From NCBI RefSeq assembly GCF_009914755.1, contig NC_060934.1: 64,000 nucleotides of DNA; one strand, written 5' to 3'. Origin of the DNA: the human T2T-CHM13v2.0 reference genome, Homo sapiens. A program made the position numbers and the translations under genes. This document shows, in pieces, positions 42,976 to 59,100 of the stretch (positions are counted from its first letter, which is position 1; each line of letters begins with the position of its first letter). Under the pieces are notes generated by a model. That model made no database searches. It was not told the DNA's origin and saw nothing but the letters and a program-made list of their open reading frames with translations.

Positions 42976-45900
42976 CTGAATTATTTCCTAAAGTATTTAG
43001 CATATTCAGTTAGACAGCAAATTATATCTAAATGTGTAGAAATAGTAATTTAGTAAAGTTGTTGAAAATTCTGAACAATCAAACATACTTTCAATAGGTT
43101 TAAAAATCGTATAGAACATTTTATATGTAAAATTATACATAATTGTATCAGAGAAAAAAGAATAATATGAGCCCCATCAAACTACAAGCACTTTGATCAC
43201 TTAGTTGACATATTTGGAACTGGAATAGTTGTGAAAAATATTTCCAAAAATAAACCAAAATAAGTATTAAAAGAATCTCAGTATAACCTTAAGCTACATG
43301 CAACAGAGGTACAACACAAACTGTAGGATAGTGGCTACTATACATTGTACTTTTTGTATAACTTGCTAGGAACTTGGGAACTTTTTTTTTCTCTTTAGTG
43401 AGTAAAATAAAAGGTCAAGCCAGCCTTATGTTGTCTGTCTTTAATAGAAAATTCCAGAGAAGATTACCAAGCTAGCCTCTTAGATTTCTTGAGTCTAAAA
43501 CTATTACTACATACAAGGTTTACTTATTTATATATATATTTATAAGTATATAATATATTGATAATATTTATATATAAATATGGATAAAGTATGCATATAC
43601 TTATAATAGTATAAAAATTCACATGTAAACAAAAACAAAGCTATTTAATAGGTAATGACTGAATTATTTTGATCACATAAAGCTTTTATTTTTAGGCTGT
43701 AAATTATAGAATGAGTATAGATTTAAAATTATCTTCATCACTTTTCTACATTGACAGACTGTGGAAAAATTATCAGCCTAATATTTCGCTGAAATGGCCT
43801 CAGTTATTTCTAATTACAACATTAAAATTTTAAAATTTATATAAATTTTATAGTTCTTTGGCGTTCCCAGTTTCAACAAATATTAGCCGAGCACCTTCTT
43901 ATACCAGACACAACATTAGATGCATTTATCTAAATATTATCTTTAGATAAAATGAGACAAATCACTGATGTCTGCTGTAACCGAGACTGATATTATATTA
44001 CTTTTTATATTTATACTGGTTTCTCTTTAACTCAGTAATCACTATTTTAGGCCATTCAAGGAACAAATTTTGAAGCAAATTTTAAAAATAATTTATTCTG
44101 TCTGTCATTCTTTGTCTTTTGCATTCTCCTCCAAAAGCAGCCTTAGACAAGGTTGTTGAGGGAAAACTGGCATTTATGCAAAATCAGAGAGCACATGTGT
44201 TAGACATTTCCAAATCAAGCCCACATAGAGAGGGAATACAGAGTCTGAGTTACTGCTGAGCCCAGCAAGCTGCTTCTTTGCATGGTAGAGCAGATTGAAA
44301 TCAGCGAAGAGGTGTTGAGTAGATGCAGTCATTTTATTCACTTGCCCTCTATCAAGTAAGGCAATAACCCAGGCAGTCTCATCTTTTAGCTCCTACTGCC
44401 ACCTTTTAGAGCCACCATCAAAATCTGGATCCTAAAGAATAATGGACAGCTGATTTATTTCTTGGCAATTATTCAGCTAGTTCCAAAATGTATAAAATTT
44501 TCTTCCTTCAAATCCATGTTCTGCTGGAGTGAAGGAATTTGTAACAGCTTTATAGCTTCATTTAAAGGAGTTTCATAATTTCCATAGCAACAGATAACCA
44601 TGTCACATATTTTGGAACAAGGTCAAGTTCTACTCCAGACTCAAAATGCTATGACAGGATAATTCTGCAGTTAATGGAAACAGGTAGAAATATAGAAGCA
44701 GGGATACCTTCCAAGACACATTATATCTTTAACTAAGCTCAAGTTCATTTTTAGGCTGATTTAGCTCTAGAGAGAATTTAAGTGGCTGGGAAAAGAAAAA
44801 AAAAAAAACCAACACAGATTGTATTAAGACGCTACCCTAATGCTGACAACCTGAGAAACAGTATTTTTCGTCCTGATCTTGACAATAAAATCTGACCTGT
44901 GTGGCCATAGTAAGAGAGTATAAATTACACTGAGGGATACTCTTTGCAAATTTTTAAGGTATGAATATTATTTGTAAATTACTTAACCATAGGGTATCTT
45001 GCTCTATCATGTTAGGAAAGCTGTTGGATTCTAAAATTGCCATTGATTCGTACAATCTTAATCCAGCCCTTAGATTGTATCAACTTTCTCTGTTAGTAAT
45101 ATCTTCCTAGATTTTGGGTTTACTTAAATTTATAGATTAAATAAAGGAAATATAAAACTCAATCTATTAGGATCACTGATTTCCTCTGTAATTCCTACAC
45201 AATTCTGACAGTATAAATGAAACTTAATTCTGGGGAAGTTCAAAAAAGACATTCCGGCAAAAAATGAGACCGTTTAAATGCTTCAACTTTTAGCATTTTT
45301 ATGTTAAATGCCAACATAGTAAGAAATTACAAGTTTGGCAAATATATTTCAATAAAAATATAATGAGAATCCAGTCTCCTGCATAGAGGAATGCTTATTA
45401 CACACTATGTATACATTGTATTATTATCTCCTTTTCAGAAACCTCATCTTATCTCAATCCATAGAAACACTATCTGAAATGCTGCATGTTTATTTATTCA
45501 ATATTGAGTGCCAACAATGTGCCAGGCAAAGCTGTAGGGATTGGTAACACAATAATAAGACAGGCATGAACAAAGCATGTAAAAGAGTGGATATTCCTCA
45601 GAATAAATCTGGATCATTGAAAGAGACAAAGAACAAAAAAAAACTTTGTTGGACAAGGAAGTTGACTATATTGTCAGTTTGCTCAAGCCAGAATTTTCCC
45701 ACTTTAATACTTTTGAGTAATTGAAACAAACATAGATAATTTTTCAGTCACCTTTGCTATTAGAATGTGTTACGCTAGCCGTTAGTAGTTTTAAGACTTA
45801 AAAGTACATTTTGGGGGAAACAACTTAAACATTCAGAGGAGATGCTTCTCTCAGTTTCAATTTGATCAAACATTTAATATATTTTCTTCTGAAAAGTGAT

Positions 45901-47312
45901 ACTTTTGTTCAATGTTTCTCAATGTGTGCTTTTAAATAGCCTCAAGATGCTCCCCCCAAAAATGAATGCTCAGGATACTGTAGTCAATTTTCAAAAATAA
46001 ATAATAAACAGAGTACTGGATTATCTTCATCGTCACCCTTGGGGCATCTTATGATAAGTGGGTCTGTGTGCAATGTTCAGGCATAATAAGTTTCGGATTC
46101 TCATTCTTATCTCAGAAGTATTGTTTTTATTATTGTTTATTTTTCACCTCATATACCAAAGAACAATTCCACCTACCATTACAGTTTGCTATGTGACCTG
46201 GAATTTTCCTTATTACAGGAGTAGGATGCGTGGAATATCCTGGCCTAGAGTTCTATTAAGGAGTGAGTGCCTCTTGCAATATTATGTCTTCCTGGTTTGC
46301 CTACTAATGTACCAAATATGGATATTGTACATCTTTCTAGACGTAACATCAACAAATTGGGAAAAAAACACAGATTTCATGATTCATATAATAAAATATG
46401 TCACAAAAAATAATATACTTTAATACCTTGATGGTACCCCAAATCTTTTGCATTGATTCTAACATTTTCACTCTGTATTTCATTTTAAAACAAGTGTCAA
46501 CCCCTAGAGTGTACAATGAATGTGTTCTGCTAAACTCTATTAACAAAGGACCCTATTTGAAAATATGAGAGCTAATTTTATTTTTCTCCTGATAGAAAAA
46601 AAATAATTGCAATAAAAAAACTAAAATTTAAATTTCCAACTTAGCTGAATTCTGAATCAAATATGGTTTTCTTTTCAAAACATAGGCTAATTTTTGAGAA
46701 AATAGGTTTGATTAAAGTAAGCTATGGATGAACTTCTACCTTAAGAATTCTTTTAAACATAATGGTAATATAAAAATAGTATTATTCTTCATAATACTGT
46801 GACTTTGGAGGATAAGTCAACAAGGAGTAGAAGAGCAAAAAGTATCTGTAGAAATTCATAAGTGGAGTAATCCATTATGCATCTATAGTCGTAAGTTTGA
46901 AGACTACAACATTTTTACTCATAGTTATTTCATATTTTTAACAAGTAGAGTTTCAGAAATACATTGGGACTACTCAATATTATGTGTATATATATATATA
47001 TGTAAATATATATATGACAAGTGCAATGTCATCTTGACAACATAAATAAATGTGAACATTTTCTTTAATGATTTGCTTCTAACAGCATGTTCACATAAGC
47101 AAATAAAATATTTTTCCTGAGAAAAATTTATGGAGGATAAAAAACACATATAGATTCTCCAGGGCCCAAGCACTGATGCGGTGTTTGATATAGTTAATTT
47201 CATGAAAAATTCTAGTTTTGAGATCTTTGAACTGGGCCATTCTCTTTCAACTTTTGTTAGGCTGTAAATTTTTATGAAACAGTACAACCATCGCTAATTC
47301 AGTTATAGCTAA

Positions 47313-47621
<309 letters not shown>

Positions 47622-48012
47622 AGTTATAGCTAAATAACTATATTTTAATAATCTATTTGTGCTCTTAGAATCATCTCAGTAAATGTAACTAAACTGAATA
47701 ATTATGAGTTTAACAACATGAATGCAATCAGTTATTCCCTAAACGGCAGTTTTAAAACTCTTCTAAAGTTTATTTTTCATTTTTTAAAACTTCATCTTAA
47801 ATCCTGTCTCTCATTTATAAATATACATCAATAAATTATAATTTCTAAGAAATCTTAACTGTAAGTCCTTCTCCAAAGAATAAGTGCATCTCCATAATTC
47901 TTAATTAATCAACATATTAAGCTAAGTAATAAAGTAACATAAATGATGAAAATATGAGAATATCAGTTATAAAACATTTTTATAAAACAATCCCAAGTAT
48001 CAAGAAGAATAA

Positions 48013-48719
<707 letters not shown>

Positions 48720-48764
48720 TCCTCTCTTTAAATAGCAAACTCTTAGATATCAAACTTCTTCCAA

Positions 48765-50170
48765 GAACACTATCCTCACTTTGCACTTACTGTTTTGACA
48801 CTTAAATGTGGATTCTAACACCTACCTAAAACATTTCACTGATTGTCATAGATGCTTCAATTTCCAATCTTCCCTTTCTTTGCCTTTGGCTTTTTAAAAC
48901 TTTTCAGAACCTCCAACAACCTAGAGTTTATTTTCCTGGATTGCCGAACACCATGCTCTCCTGTTTTCTCCTATGCCTGTGGCTCTTCCTTCTTAGTCTT
49001 TTGGTGGTTCCCCTTTTCTATCTTTTCTCAAATTTTTAAAACATTTAGATTTTGTCCTAGGCACTTTTCTCAATACATTCAACCTTGTCTTTCTCCCTAG
49101 ACTTTTATGCACTCAGATAACTGAGGTTTCCCATGGAGCAGATGATGCCCAAGTTTTCACCTCCAGTGCAGATCTCCGTTCTCACATACCATCTGCTTAG
49201 TAGATGTCTCCATGTGGTTATACCAGAAACTCAAAACAGATTTGCAATTCCCTTGAAACCTTCCACTATTCACTACAGTGTACTTGTGGTCTAGCATTCT
49301 CCCTCTCTGCAAAAGATACCCCCATCTATGCAGTTGCTGGAGTCAAAAATCTGAGAGCAGCTCTTTTTTTGTGTTTGCGGGGTGGGGGATCACTTTCATT
49401 CCTAATATTCTCTTATCTCTTTTCCAATCAAACACATACCAATACAGTTAATCATACCTCATAAACATTTCTCAGCTCTATTCCTTATTTATTCTCCAAC
49501 CTCTGTGTACCACAATCATTGTTCTTCAAGACTACAGCAATCGTCTCTTAACCCTTCTTTTCTACCACTGTTTCTCTTCAATCTATTCTGCACATCATTA
49601 TCAGAATGACATGTGAAAAAGATTTCTGATTAAGTCACATCTCATTTAGAATCCATTACTGTTTTCCGAAATTTGTTTAATGTCCACAGATCTTTACATA
49701 ATTTCAATATCTAGTTTTATCTGGCCTCATACTTCTTTTCAAAATTTATTTTATTCCACTCTCCTCTTGTCTACCTACATTTTAGTGATTCTGAACACTA
49801 TTTAATTAATAAAGCATGTCACAATCACTCCAGACTTATGTCCTGTTCATATGCTAATATTTCTGCTGAAAAAAATGATTTTAATTCCCAGTCTACCTCC
49901 CACACATATATTATGCCAGCTAATTCATAGATGTTCCTAAAATCTCAAATATCATAAGCTCCTGACAAATTAAACTTTATATTATAAGCAAATTTATGTG
50001 TCACCATAACATTGTGTAATTTGTCCTTTATTCCTCCATTTGTTTTACAATGTTGATCTTCTTAACGGGACCATACAGTTAATGACATCAGAGACTAGGT
50101 TTCCCTTGCACTATATTCCAGAATCTGGCATAATGACTGGCACAGAGCAAATAATGGATACATACATGTT
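48765..50170 (+). mobile_element. L2 3' portion
   Basis: gcagatgatgcccaagttttcacctccag; ccatctatgcagttgctggagtcaaaaatctg; 3' end ccagaatctggcataatgactggcacagag. Confidence 0.8.
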
Positions 50171-50550
50171 TATTTAAATTCATTTTAAAAAGTTTCATTT
50201 GTTAAGAAAGTACAGAAATGACAACACAGAAAAAAATTAAACGTGTATCTAACAGGTAAAAATTAATAAAAAAGTATGGCAAAAATATTTGTGTATGATT
50301 TCTATTTAGTCTTTATAATAACCCTTCAATGTGGTCATTATACCACATTTTACAGAACAGAAAGCTGAGTTCAGAGAAGCTAAATATCTTGCAATTCCTT
50401 GTAGCTAATAAATAAATGACAAGTCCTTATTGTAACATAAAGGGTCTTTTCTGATCTGGTCAACACTTTCTTCATCAGAATAAGGTCTTTCTGTTGTTCC
50501 ATTTATATCCTATATATCAGCTATAAGACATGATTACAGTTCCCCATTAA

Positions 50551-50680
50551 CACATTAATGCCTGAGGTTGCAATTTTTTGAATTTTTGCAATCAGACCTT
50601 TGTGTTGACCTTGAGCAGTAGGATATAAATAATTCCCACATGCTTAGCGTTCCAATCATGGAACACTAGGCATAAATGGC
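50551..50680 (-). mobile_element. MER85 (piggyBac/PGBD3-derived MITE)
   Basis: Reverse match to MER85 along full length (atgcctgaggttgcaattttttgaatttttgcaatcagacc...gttccaatcatggaacactaggcataaatgg); TTAA at 50547-50550. Confidence 0.93.
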
Positions 50681-50919
50681 CAAATATGTTTGTGCTTCTG
50701 AGTCTTTCATCCTGTTTCCATCTGATGTGAGGCTATTTTATTTCTTGACCTTCATACCACCTCCCAGACATTGGAAATCTTGTTTATTCCCTTGAATCTT
50801 ATACTTTTCAGTTAAATAGTTAACATTGTGATAGTGTCTTTGTCACCCAAATCTAGTCAAATGCCCCTCTTCTGCACCAGGAGCACCAATGATCACCTTT
50901 ATTTTAACGTACCTCACTA

Positions 50920-51944
50920 AAGTTGACCCTTGGACAATAAGGGTTTGGACTGTGCAGGTCCACTTATATGTGGATTTTTGTTCAATAAATATGTTGGTTT
51001 TTTTTTTTATATTTGTGACAAGTTGAAAAAACTCACAAACTGTGTCACCTAAAATATTGAAAAAATTAAGAAAAAAGTATGGCATGAATACATAAAATAT
51101 ATGTAGCTACTAGTCTATTTTATTATTTACTACCATGAAATGTACATATATCTATTATAAAAACTTAAAATTTATCAAAATTTGGGCACACAAAGACCGT
51201 ACATGGCACCATTCACAGTTAAGAGAAATGTAAACAAATGTAAAAATGTAGTATTGTAACTGCATAACATTTACCGCATTATATACTGTTCTACAGTCAT
51301 AATTTCATAGCCAGCTCCTGTTGCTATTGCGGTGAGCTCAAGTGTTGTGAGTATCCTCTTAAAACACAATGTGAGGTGGATCATCTCTGCATCAGCAGTT
51401 CATCTCTCCAGTAAATTGCATATCACAGTAAAAAGTAATCTCTTCAGGTTCTCATGTATTTTTGTCATGTTTAATGCAATACCCAAACCGTGAATAACAC
51501 CATGGGACCCATACAAAGTGGCACTAGTGATGCCGACAGTACTCCCAGGCAACAAAGTCATGCCATTACAAGAAAAAGTGGAATTGCTTAATATATGCTA
51601 TATAGATTGAGGTCTGCAGCTGAGGTGGACCATCATTTCAGACAGATGATTCATCTTGCAAACAGATGATAAACACAGTACACTACTCTAAATGTATTTT
51701 TTCTCCCTTATTATTTTCTTAATAACATTTTCTTTTCTCTAGCTTGCTTTATTGGAAAAATACACTCTATAATACATATAACATGCAAAGTATGTATGTT
51801 AATCAACTGTTATTTTATCAGTATGTCTTCTGATCAACAGTAGGCTATTAGTAATTAAGTTTGGGGAAAGTCAAAAGTTTTATGCAGATTTTTGGTGGTG
51901 TAGGTGTTGGCACCTCTAACCCCTGTGTTGTTAAGAGTCAACCA
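50920..51944 (+). mobile_element. Tigger2-family non-autonomous element (Tigger2b-like)
   Basis: TIRs agttgacccttggacaataaggg / ccctgtgttgttaagagtcaacca, TA on both flanks, ~1.03 kb. Confidence 0.9.
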
Positions 51945-54169
51945 TACATTGCAAATATTTACATGTCTCCTCCATAAATTATAAGCTCCTAGAGATCAGA
52001 TACTATGTAATTCTCAACATTATATTCCAGGTACCTATGAAAGTGCCTGACATATTGGAGATGTTGACTATATATTTATGTAGTATTAAATAAATGGATG
52101 CAAGAGCCAGGGTTTAAGCTCAGATCTGTCTCTTAAGAAGCTCATGACTTTTCAGTATATGCAGAAAATTGGTAATGGATATAACTAAAATCTAGTAGAT
52201 TATTTGAGAGTCTACAAATGCTGAGTGAGGAAGAAAGACACAGTTACAAAGTTAGAAGCATTTCAAGGCACTTTATTAGTTATTTAGGAAACGACTATTT
52301 CATAGCACAAGAAAGCCAACATAAATCACAATGTCAAACCAGCCATGCTTGTTGCCATGATGCCTTTTCCAAAGGAAAATGAGAAACTAAGATATTTTTC
52401 ATGCCCTTTGATTTGTGTGGGCAGAAAAGTAAAGGGGAGTGTTTCAACACAATAATCTGTTCATTTTCAGAAGAATAAACAAAAGCTAAAGGAATTCACT
52501 TTTATTAGTTCCAAAATTAATGTTAAATAAATTTGAATGTTTCACAATAGAGTAGACTTTAGCAGACCTGCTGTAGGCCCAATGCTACAAAAATAAATTG
52601 AATTATAAATATGCAACTGTGGTCCACAAATATTTTTTATATAGTTACAGGATGAATTCTTAAGTAATGATGTCCCTACCCAAGTCACTATCTAATGGTA
52701 TGAAATACAACAGTTTTGAGCTACATTGACCTTACAGGTCCCTCCTCTTACTTCATGAACTTCAGTGCCCACTCCAGAAAAACTTACATATTTACTTTTA
52801 TCTTAAGAAAGATAAGTGTACCCTTTCATATATTTTTGAATAAATTGTAGGATGTTCTGTATTTAATTGAAAGGCAGGCAACCTAAACCTTAGTTATAAT
52901 TTATGCCAGTCTTTCAACCAGGACCAAGTTTTGTTGTGGTTTACTCATTAAAATAATATTTAATGCACAAGAAATAATATTTAATCTAACATTATATATG
53001 TAAAATACATTAAGAGAAATTTTCAGTAAAATCAGTCTTAGAATGTATTGTCATACTTTCTTTGTGAAAATGTGCATGCCATACTACATTTGAATAATAG
53101 TCTTAGAAGCTGTAATAATAATAGCAGAGCTGTCTTGTATAGAAAACTTGCCATGAATCCTTAAAAATAAATATATGTTATTTTAGAAATGAGGAAATTA
53201 AGGTTGAATTATTCTAAGTTAATTTTCTATTATCACACAACTACTAAAAGGTAGAGCAAGATAATCAGTCAGCCTGTCTCTAAAACCCACATTCTTACTC
53301 ATCTCTATCAATTGTTTCAATGCCGTAGAAGCTGAAATGAATTCTTGTTCATCAAAAAATGAAAGAGAATTCCTGTGACCTCGCCCATCACCTCAACATT
53401 GCTGCCTGGATCTTTGCCACTGAGATGATTCTATTAGTAAAATTGTAAGTGAGATAGTTCTATGATGAGAAATTCACAGTAATTTCAATCAAGTCATTTG
53501 CATTAAAATAATCTTACAAAGAATTATACACTGCATTTTGGGGGTTACTATGAGACCCATGTATATCATCTATACAATGTGTTCTCATAAAACATGTTCA
53601 TTATTTCTTTTCATACATGTCAATGCTAAATTTACTAAGAGAATTACAATATGTGCTGACATTAACATCTGAAAGTTATTTTCATTTTAATAGCTGTAGC
53701 TATATCTTATTAATATTACAGTCCCCCTTATATTTACACATATGCTAAAAGCCTATATTTCATTCTGTCTTGAATCATAATTAATTACTTATGTGCCTAA
53801 ATACCTCAGAGGGCAGTATTAGGGAAGGGACAATGTTTAATTCTTCTTTATAACCTCCCTGATCTTAGCATAAAGCTTAGTACTTAGTAACAACCCTAAA
53901 GTTTGGAGTATTAAAATCCATAATTCACATCTCATCTTTTTTTTCCTCTCCTCTGTCTATCTATCCATGTAGTTTAGATTATTTTTGTTTAAACTACCTA
54001 TTTATCACAATTCATTGATTAACATATAGTTTAGAATGTTCATGTGACAAGTGTTCATTTAGATTTAAAAATTTTTAAGGAAAAGGCCTAAAGACCTTTA
54101 CTTAAGAAGAGAATAAAATGATTGAGTAATTATTAGGGCATATTCAGTAAAATTACTTAATGATTGCAA

Positions 54170-54731
54170 ATTGTGGCAAATCGTGCTTTCCAGACTAGAT
54201 GGCCACATCCGTAGTCCCCCTCACAAATGTTCTTCTTTCAACATACTTTTTTTCTGTCACTTTTCTTATTAAGAGGCAGAGTGTATAACCTCTTTCCTTG
54301 AATCTATGCTGGTTTGTTATTCTGAATCCAGAGGAAGTGACTGTAATTTCTGAAAGTAGCTGGTAAAGGCCATATATCTTCCATCTGGTTCTCTTGAAAT
54401 GCTCACTTAGAATCCTGAACTGCCATATAAGCAGTCTGACTACTGCCATGCTGTGAGGAAGTCCAAATTATGCCAGGCCGACAGAATAAATGAAGAGTTT
54501 CTGAGATTACATGAAGACAATGATATGCCTGGATATCTCTTTCCGTTATTCTAACCCCCTCCCCGAGTGTTTTTGTTCCATCTACTATCTGACTGAAATG
54601 GAATTAGAGACCCTATGAAAGAACTTCTAGTCATGAAAACACACAGAATATGAGATATAATACAATTTGATTGTTGCTTTAAGCCACTAATTTTTTAGAT
54701 GATCTGTTATACAGCCAGAATAAATGAGGCA
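54170..54731 (+). mobile_element. MLT1 (G/H-like) LTR
   Basis: tgtggcaaatcgtgctttccagactagatggccac...tttaagccactaatttttagatgatctgttatacagc. Confidence 0.85.
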
Positions 54732-54760
54732 CCGATTTTTCTTATAATAGAATATAAATT

Positions 54761-54942
54761 CTTTTTACATGTTTTATTTTTATTTATTTATTTTAGAGAC
54801 AGGGCGTCATTTTGTTGTGCAGACTGAAGAGCTGTGGGGTGATCATAGTTCACTGTAAACTTGAACTCTGGGGCTCAAGAAATTCTCCTGTCTTAGCTTC
54901 CCAAACTGCTGGAATTACAGGTATGAGCCACTGCACCTGACC
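54761..54942 (-). mobile_element. Old Alu monomer (FAM-like or arm-recombined AluJ)
   Basis: Single ~170-bp monomer; TSD tagaatataaatt at 54748-54760 and 54943-54955. Confidence 0.85.
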
Positions 54943-57859
54943 TAGAATATAAATTATTTCAGAACAGCATCTAGGGATAATTATGTGCCTACAGTTAATA
55001 CATAAATATTTGCTGAAGACTTGATTAGATATACCTCATTTTGGACATGCAGGTCCCATATTACATTTTAAACATTCATGGTAACTGATAGAATAAGGAA
55101 ATACCAACTCTGCAAATATTATATGCAAATAATATTTAATTAGTGTATCTAATATCTCTTGCTCATATTTGGGGTCTTTAATTCACAATGTTCATATTTA
55201 ATCATTTTCAATTGGTTTAAATTTTAAAAACTGAAATTACTTTTTCTGTTTTTACAAATAATAGTTGACTTTCATTTTACATTATTTGTTTTAAAAAACA
55301 GAGCTTATTTTTTCTAATTTTCTCTAGTTTTAAAAACCTTCTAGATATTACTAATGTTTATGATTTTGACAACTTTTCTTATTGATATCTTATTATCAAG
55401 GGTTAATGTCAATATTGCATTCATTAGGAAGGTGTATGAATAAAGATTCTTTAAAATTATTATTTTCACGAATGTTTCTCTGTAATTTTTACTGTTAGTG
55501 TGGCATTCAATAATATGTAATAAAAGGAGACTATCTCAGCCTATACATTATTAAAAAATTACATTAAGCCATTACTCCAAAGACTGGGAATCACTTCTTT
55601 TTGTTTTATGTCTTGTATGTGCCTTTGGAAAGTGGTAAGTTCAATACATTTTTAAGCACTTGTGAGTAGATCATGTAGATCATGACTAGATTATCTTCAT
55701 TACTTCCTTCTCTGTGAAGAAGAAGTGTAGTCACATAATTATTCTAAAATGCTTTTTCTCTTTCTTGTAGTTTATTCCTTTGTAATAAAAATACATATCA
55801 TTTAGCCTTATAACTAAAGCATTACTTGATTAAAGTAGTATCAACTGCTGTCAAAATAAGTTTCTGGAAAAAAAAATCAAGCAATGGTCAAGAAATCATT
55901 ATCAAAGTGTATTATTATGTGATATATGTGAAAGTTTTGTTATCTTTCCCATAGAAACCATTCCAACAATGACAAGGAAAGTAATCTTAGTAGGACAGGG
56001 AAACTTACCACACCCATCTGATGGAATGAGATGTGTAACAATCCAATGGAGATGTGTAACTACCTTTGCTTTCAGTCTCTGTAACTCAGCTTTTTGGGCT
56101 CCATCGAGATACTTCTTCCAGTCGCTATGTTCTACATGAAATGAATCACTCATCAGGATAAAGAAAGTTTCGTTTTTTAGAGTACATTGACATTCCTTTT
56201 GCTGCCAGGATCACTCCATATTGATGATCTCATTTAGTCTTGTAGGATGCAAGAATATTGCATTCTTTTATTTTATTTGAATCTTTTCTTTTAAAGTTGT
56301 TCTCAAAGTTGACAGAAATCATGTTGATCAAAGTTGGCCCTGCCTGGTTTAATCATATTTAAAAGCTTTCAAGATAATAAATAAATTTTAAATTCTGCCT
56401 TATTGACTTTATAAGCTTTTTATTACAAGATTTTTAAAGGAAACTATCATTTACGTTAAATGTTGCTTAAATATCCTGATTTGTGATGTTCAACTTTGTT
56501 TTAGAGTTCCTACGAGCACCATAAAGCAATGCGTAGTTAAAGAAACTATAGTTTGCTAAATCTGACATCTACAGAGGATCAGTAACTTACACTATTTTAA
56601 GACCTAGGAAAATCCACATTTGTCTTTAAAGCCACATATTATCAAGTATTACTCTCTTCCAGCCACCACCATTAATGAATTATATTAATTCCATTATGGC
56701 AAAAATTACTCAAAATAAAGAAAGGAAAATCTTAAGAATTTTATGACCCTCAAAGAACTTTTAAAGGTATTTTGCTTATGTATCTTAGCTATTTTAAGAG
56801 AAATAGCTAAATACTTGCATGGAAAATGAAACATATAATACAAAACACACATGATGAATACAGTACCTCTTTTGCCTCTTAATACGACTATCAATTCTTT
56901 GCACTTCTACTTACCCAGTCTTGATTATTTCCAGAAAAAAAATTTTTAACAATTAAATATAATGTAACTAGCCCATGCTTTCCAGTTGAGGAAATAAAAT
57001 GACACATACGTCTTTTTCATGCTAATGCAACCGTGCATAATGAAATCCATATCAGCATTTTCAAGTTCCATGTTTGTGTGTATATTTACAACACAGTTCT
57101 AGACTATGCATCCTAGCTAATGTTAAATACCTAAGTATAGTGTTTTGAGCACAACCTTATGTCAAACCCTGACCCAACTATGTACATTAGAACCTCAAGA
57201 TGTTAGGCACAGTGAGTCCCATTGTTGTAGGGGCTAACATTTACACAATTTTCTAACCCTTTTTAATAAAAAAAAAATTACAAATGTAAAATTAGAAGTA
57301 AAAGTGAATATTTAAAATAAGAAAACAAATCATGACAAGCTACGTTTTTAAAAGTTGGCACATACCAAGAAAATCACAATATATAGAAAAAATATTTTTT
57401 ACAAATAAGGGACCACACATGACACAGATATATAAAACACATTTTTCTTATATTTATGGTAGTATTATCTTTGACTACCTCTTCACAAGACTGCAATTTT
57501 GTGATATTAATATCTCTAGTGAGAATGTAAAAGTAATCCGGTCTTCTGGCTACTATGAATTATCTTTTTGTTGTTGTTATCAACAGCTCAGAATTGTACT
57601 TAGCTTCACAACTATAAATTGTGAGCATTGTCATTTTTGGTAGATTCTCCACCAAGTTTCATTTTGTAGGAACTCTAAGATTTTGGAGGAATTTTTTTTT
57701 ATGCCTGTTTGTTTCTTTTGGTATGGTGATTAATCTTAAACACGCTTTGAATTTTTAGTATTCATCAATTACTTTGCTACAGTCCCTCCCAGGGGTTTAG
57801 AAGGGCACAGGAGATCAGGGGCACTGTTAACTTAAGCAAGTGAGACACTCATTTTAATA

Positions 57860-58698
57860 ACCTTTTTATGTTTTAATTTATAAGGATACATAATAGTTGT
57901 TTAGATTTATGAGGTCCATGTGATATTTTAATGCAAGCATACAATGTGCAACAATCAATAAGGGTAATTGGGATATTCATCATCTAAAACATTTATTATT
58001 TATTTGTGTTGGTAACATCTCAAATCTTCTCTGCTAGTTATTTTGAAATATGCAATAAATTATTATCAACCACAATTGCCCTTCTGTGTCACTGTCCTAT
58101 TCCTTTTAACTGTATTTCTGTGCCTATTTACCAAAGCTTTTATAGCTCTCCCTCTCAGCCTCTGGTAACCACCACTCTACTCTCTGCCTCCATGAGGTCA
58201 ATTTTTTTAGCTCCCACATATGAGTGAAACCATGTGCTATTTGTCTTCATGAGTCTCGCTTATTTCACTTAGCATAATGTTTTCTAGTTCCATCATGTTA
58301 GTGCAAATGACAGGAGTTCATTCTTTTTATGGGTTAATCATATTCCACTGTGTGTACATACCATAATTTATTTATCTATTCATCTTTTGATGAAAACTTA
58401 GGTTGACTCCACATGTTTGCTGTTTGTGAGTAGTGCTGTAATAAGCATAGGGGTGCAAGTATCTTTTCAATATACTGATTTCCTTTCTTTGGATATATAC
58501 CAAGCTTCTGGATTGCTGGATCACATGGTAATTCTATTTTTATTTTTTTGAGGAACCTCCATACTCCTTTCCATAGCAGCAGTACTACTTTACATTCCTG
58601 CGAACAGGAATATTTCCCTTCCTTTACATCATTGCCAGCATCCATTGTTACTTGTCTTTTTGTTAAAAGTCATATAACTGGGATGAAAAAAATCTCAT
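57860..58698 (-). mobile_element. L1MA 3' fragment
   Basis: L1MA 3'UTR and degenerate ORF2 end (ORF 58376-58645: [20 protein letters not shown]). Confidence 0.9.
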
Positions 58699-58707
58699 AA
58701 ATAATAA

Positions 58708-59020
<313 letters not shown>

Positions 59021-59057
59021 TGTAATGGGTTAATATATTTTTTAAAACACCAGCATA

Positions 59058-59058
59058 A

Positions 59059-59090
<32 letters not shown>

Positions 59091-59100
59091 ACGCACACGC
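59058..59100. repeat. (CA)n(CACACG)n microsatellite
   Basis: Direct reading. Confidence 0.9.
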
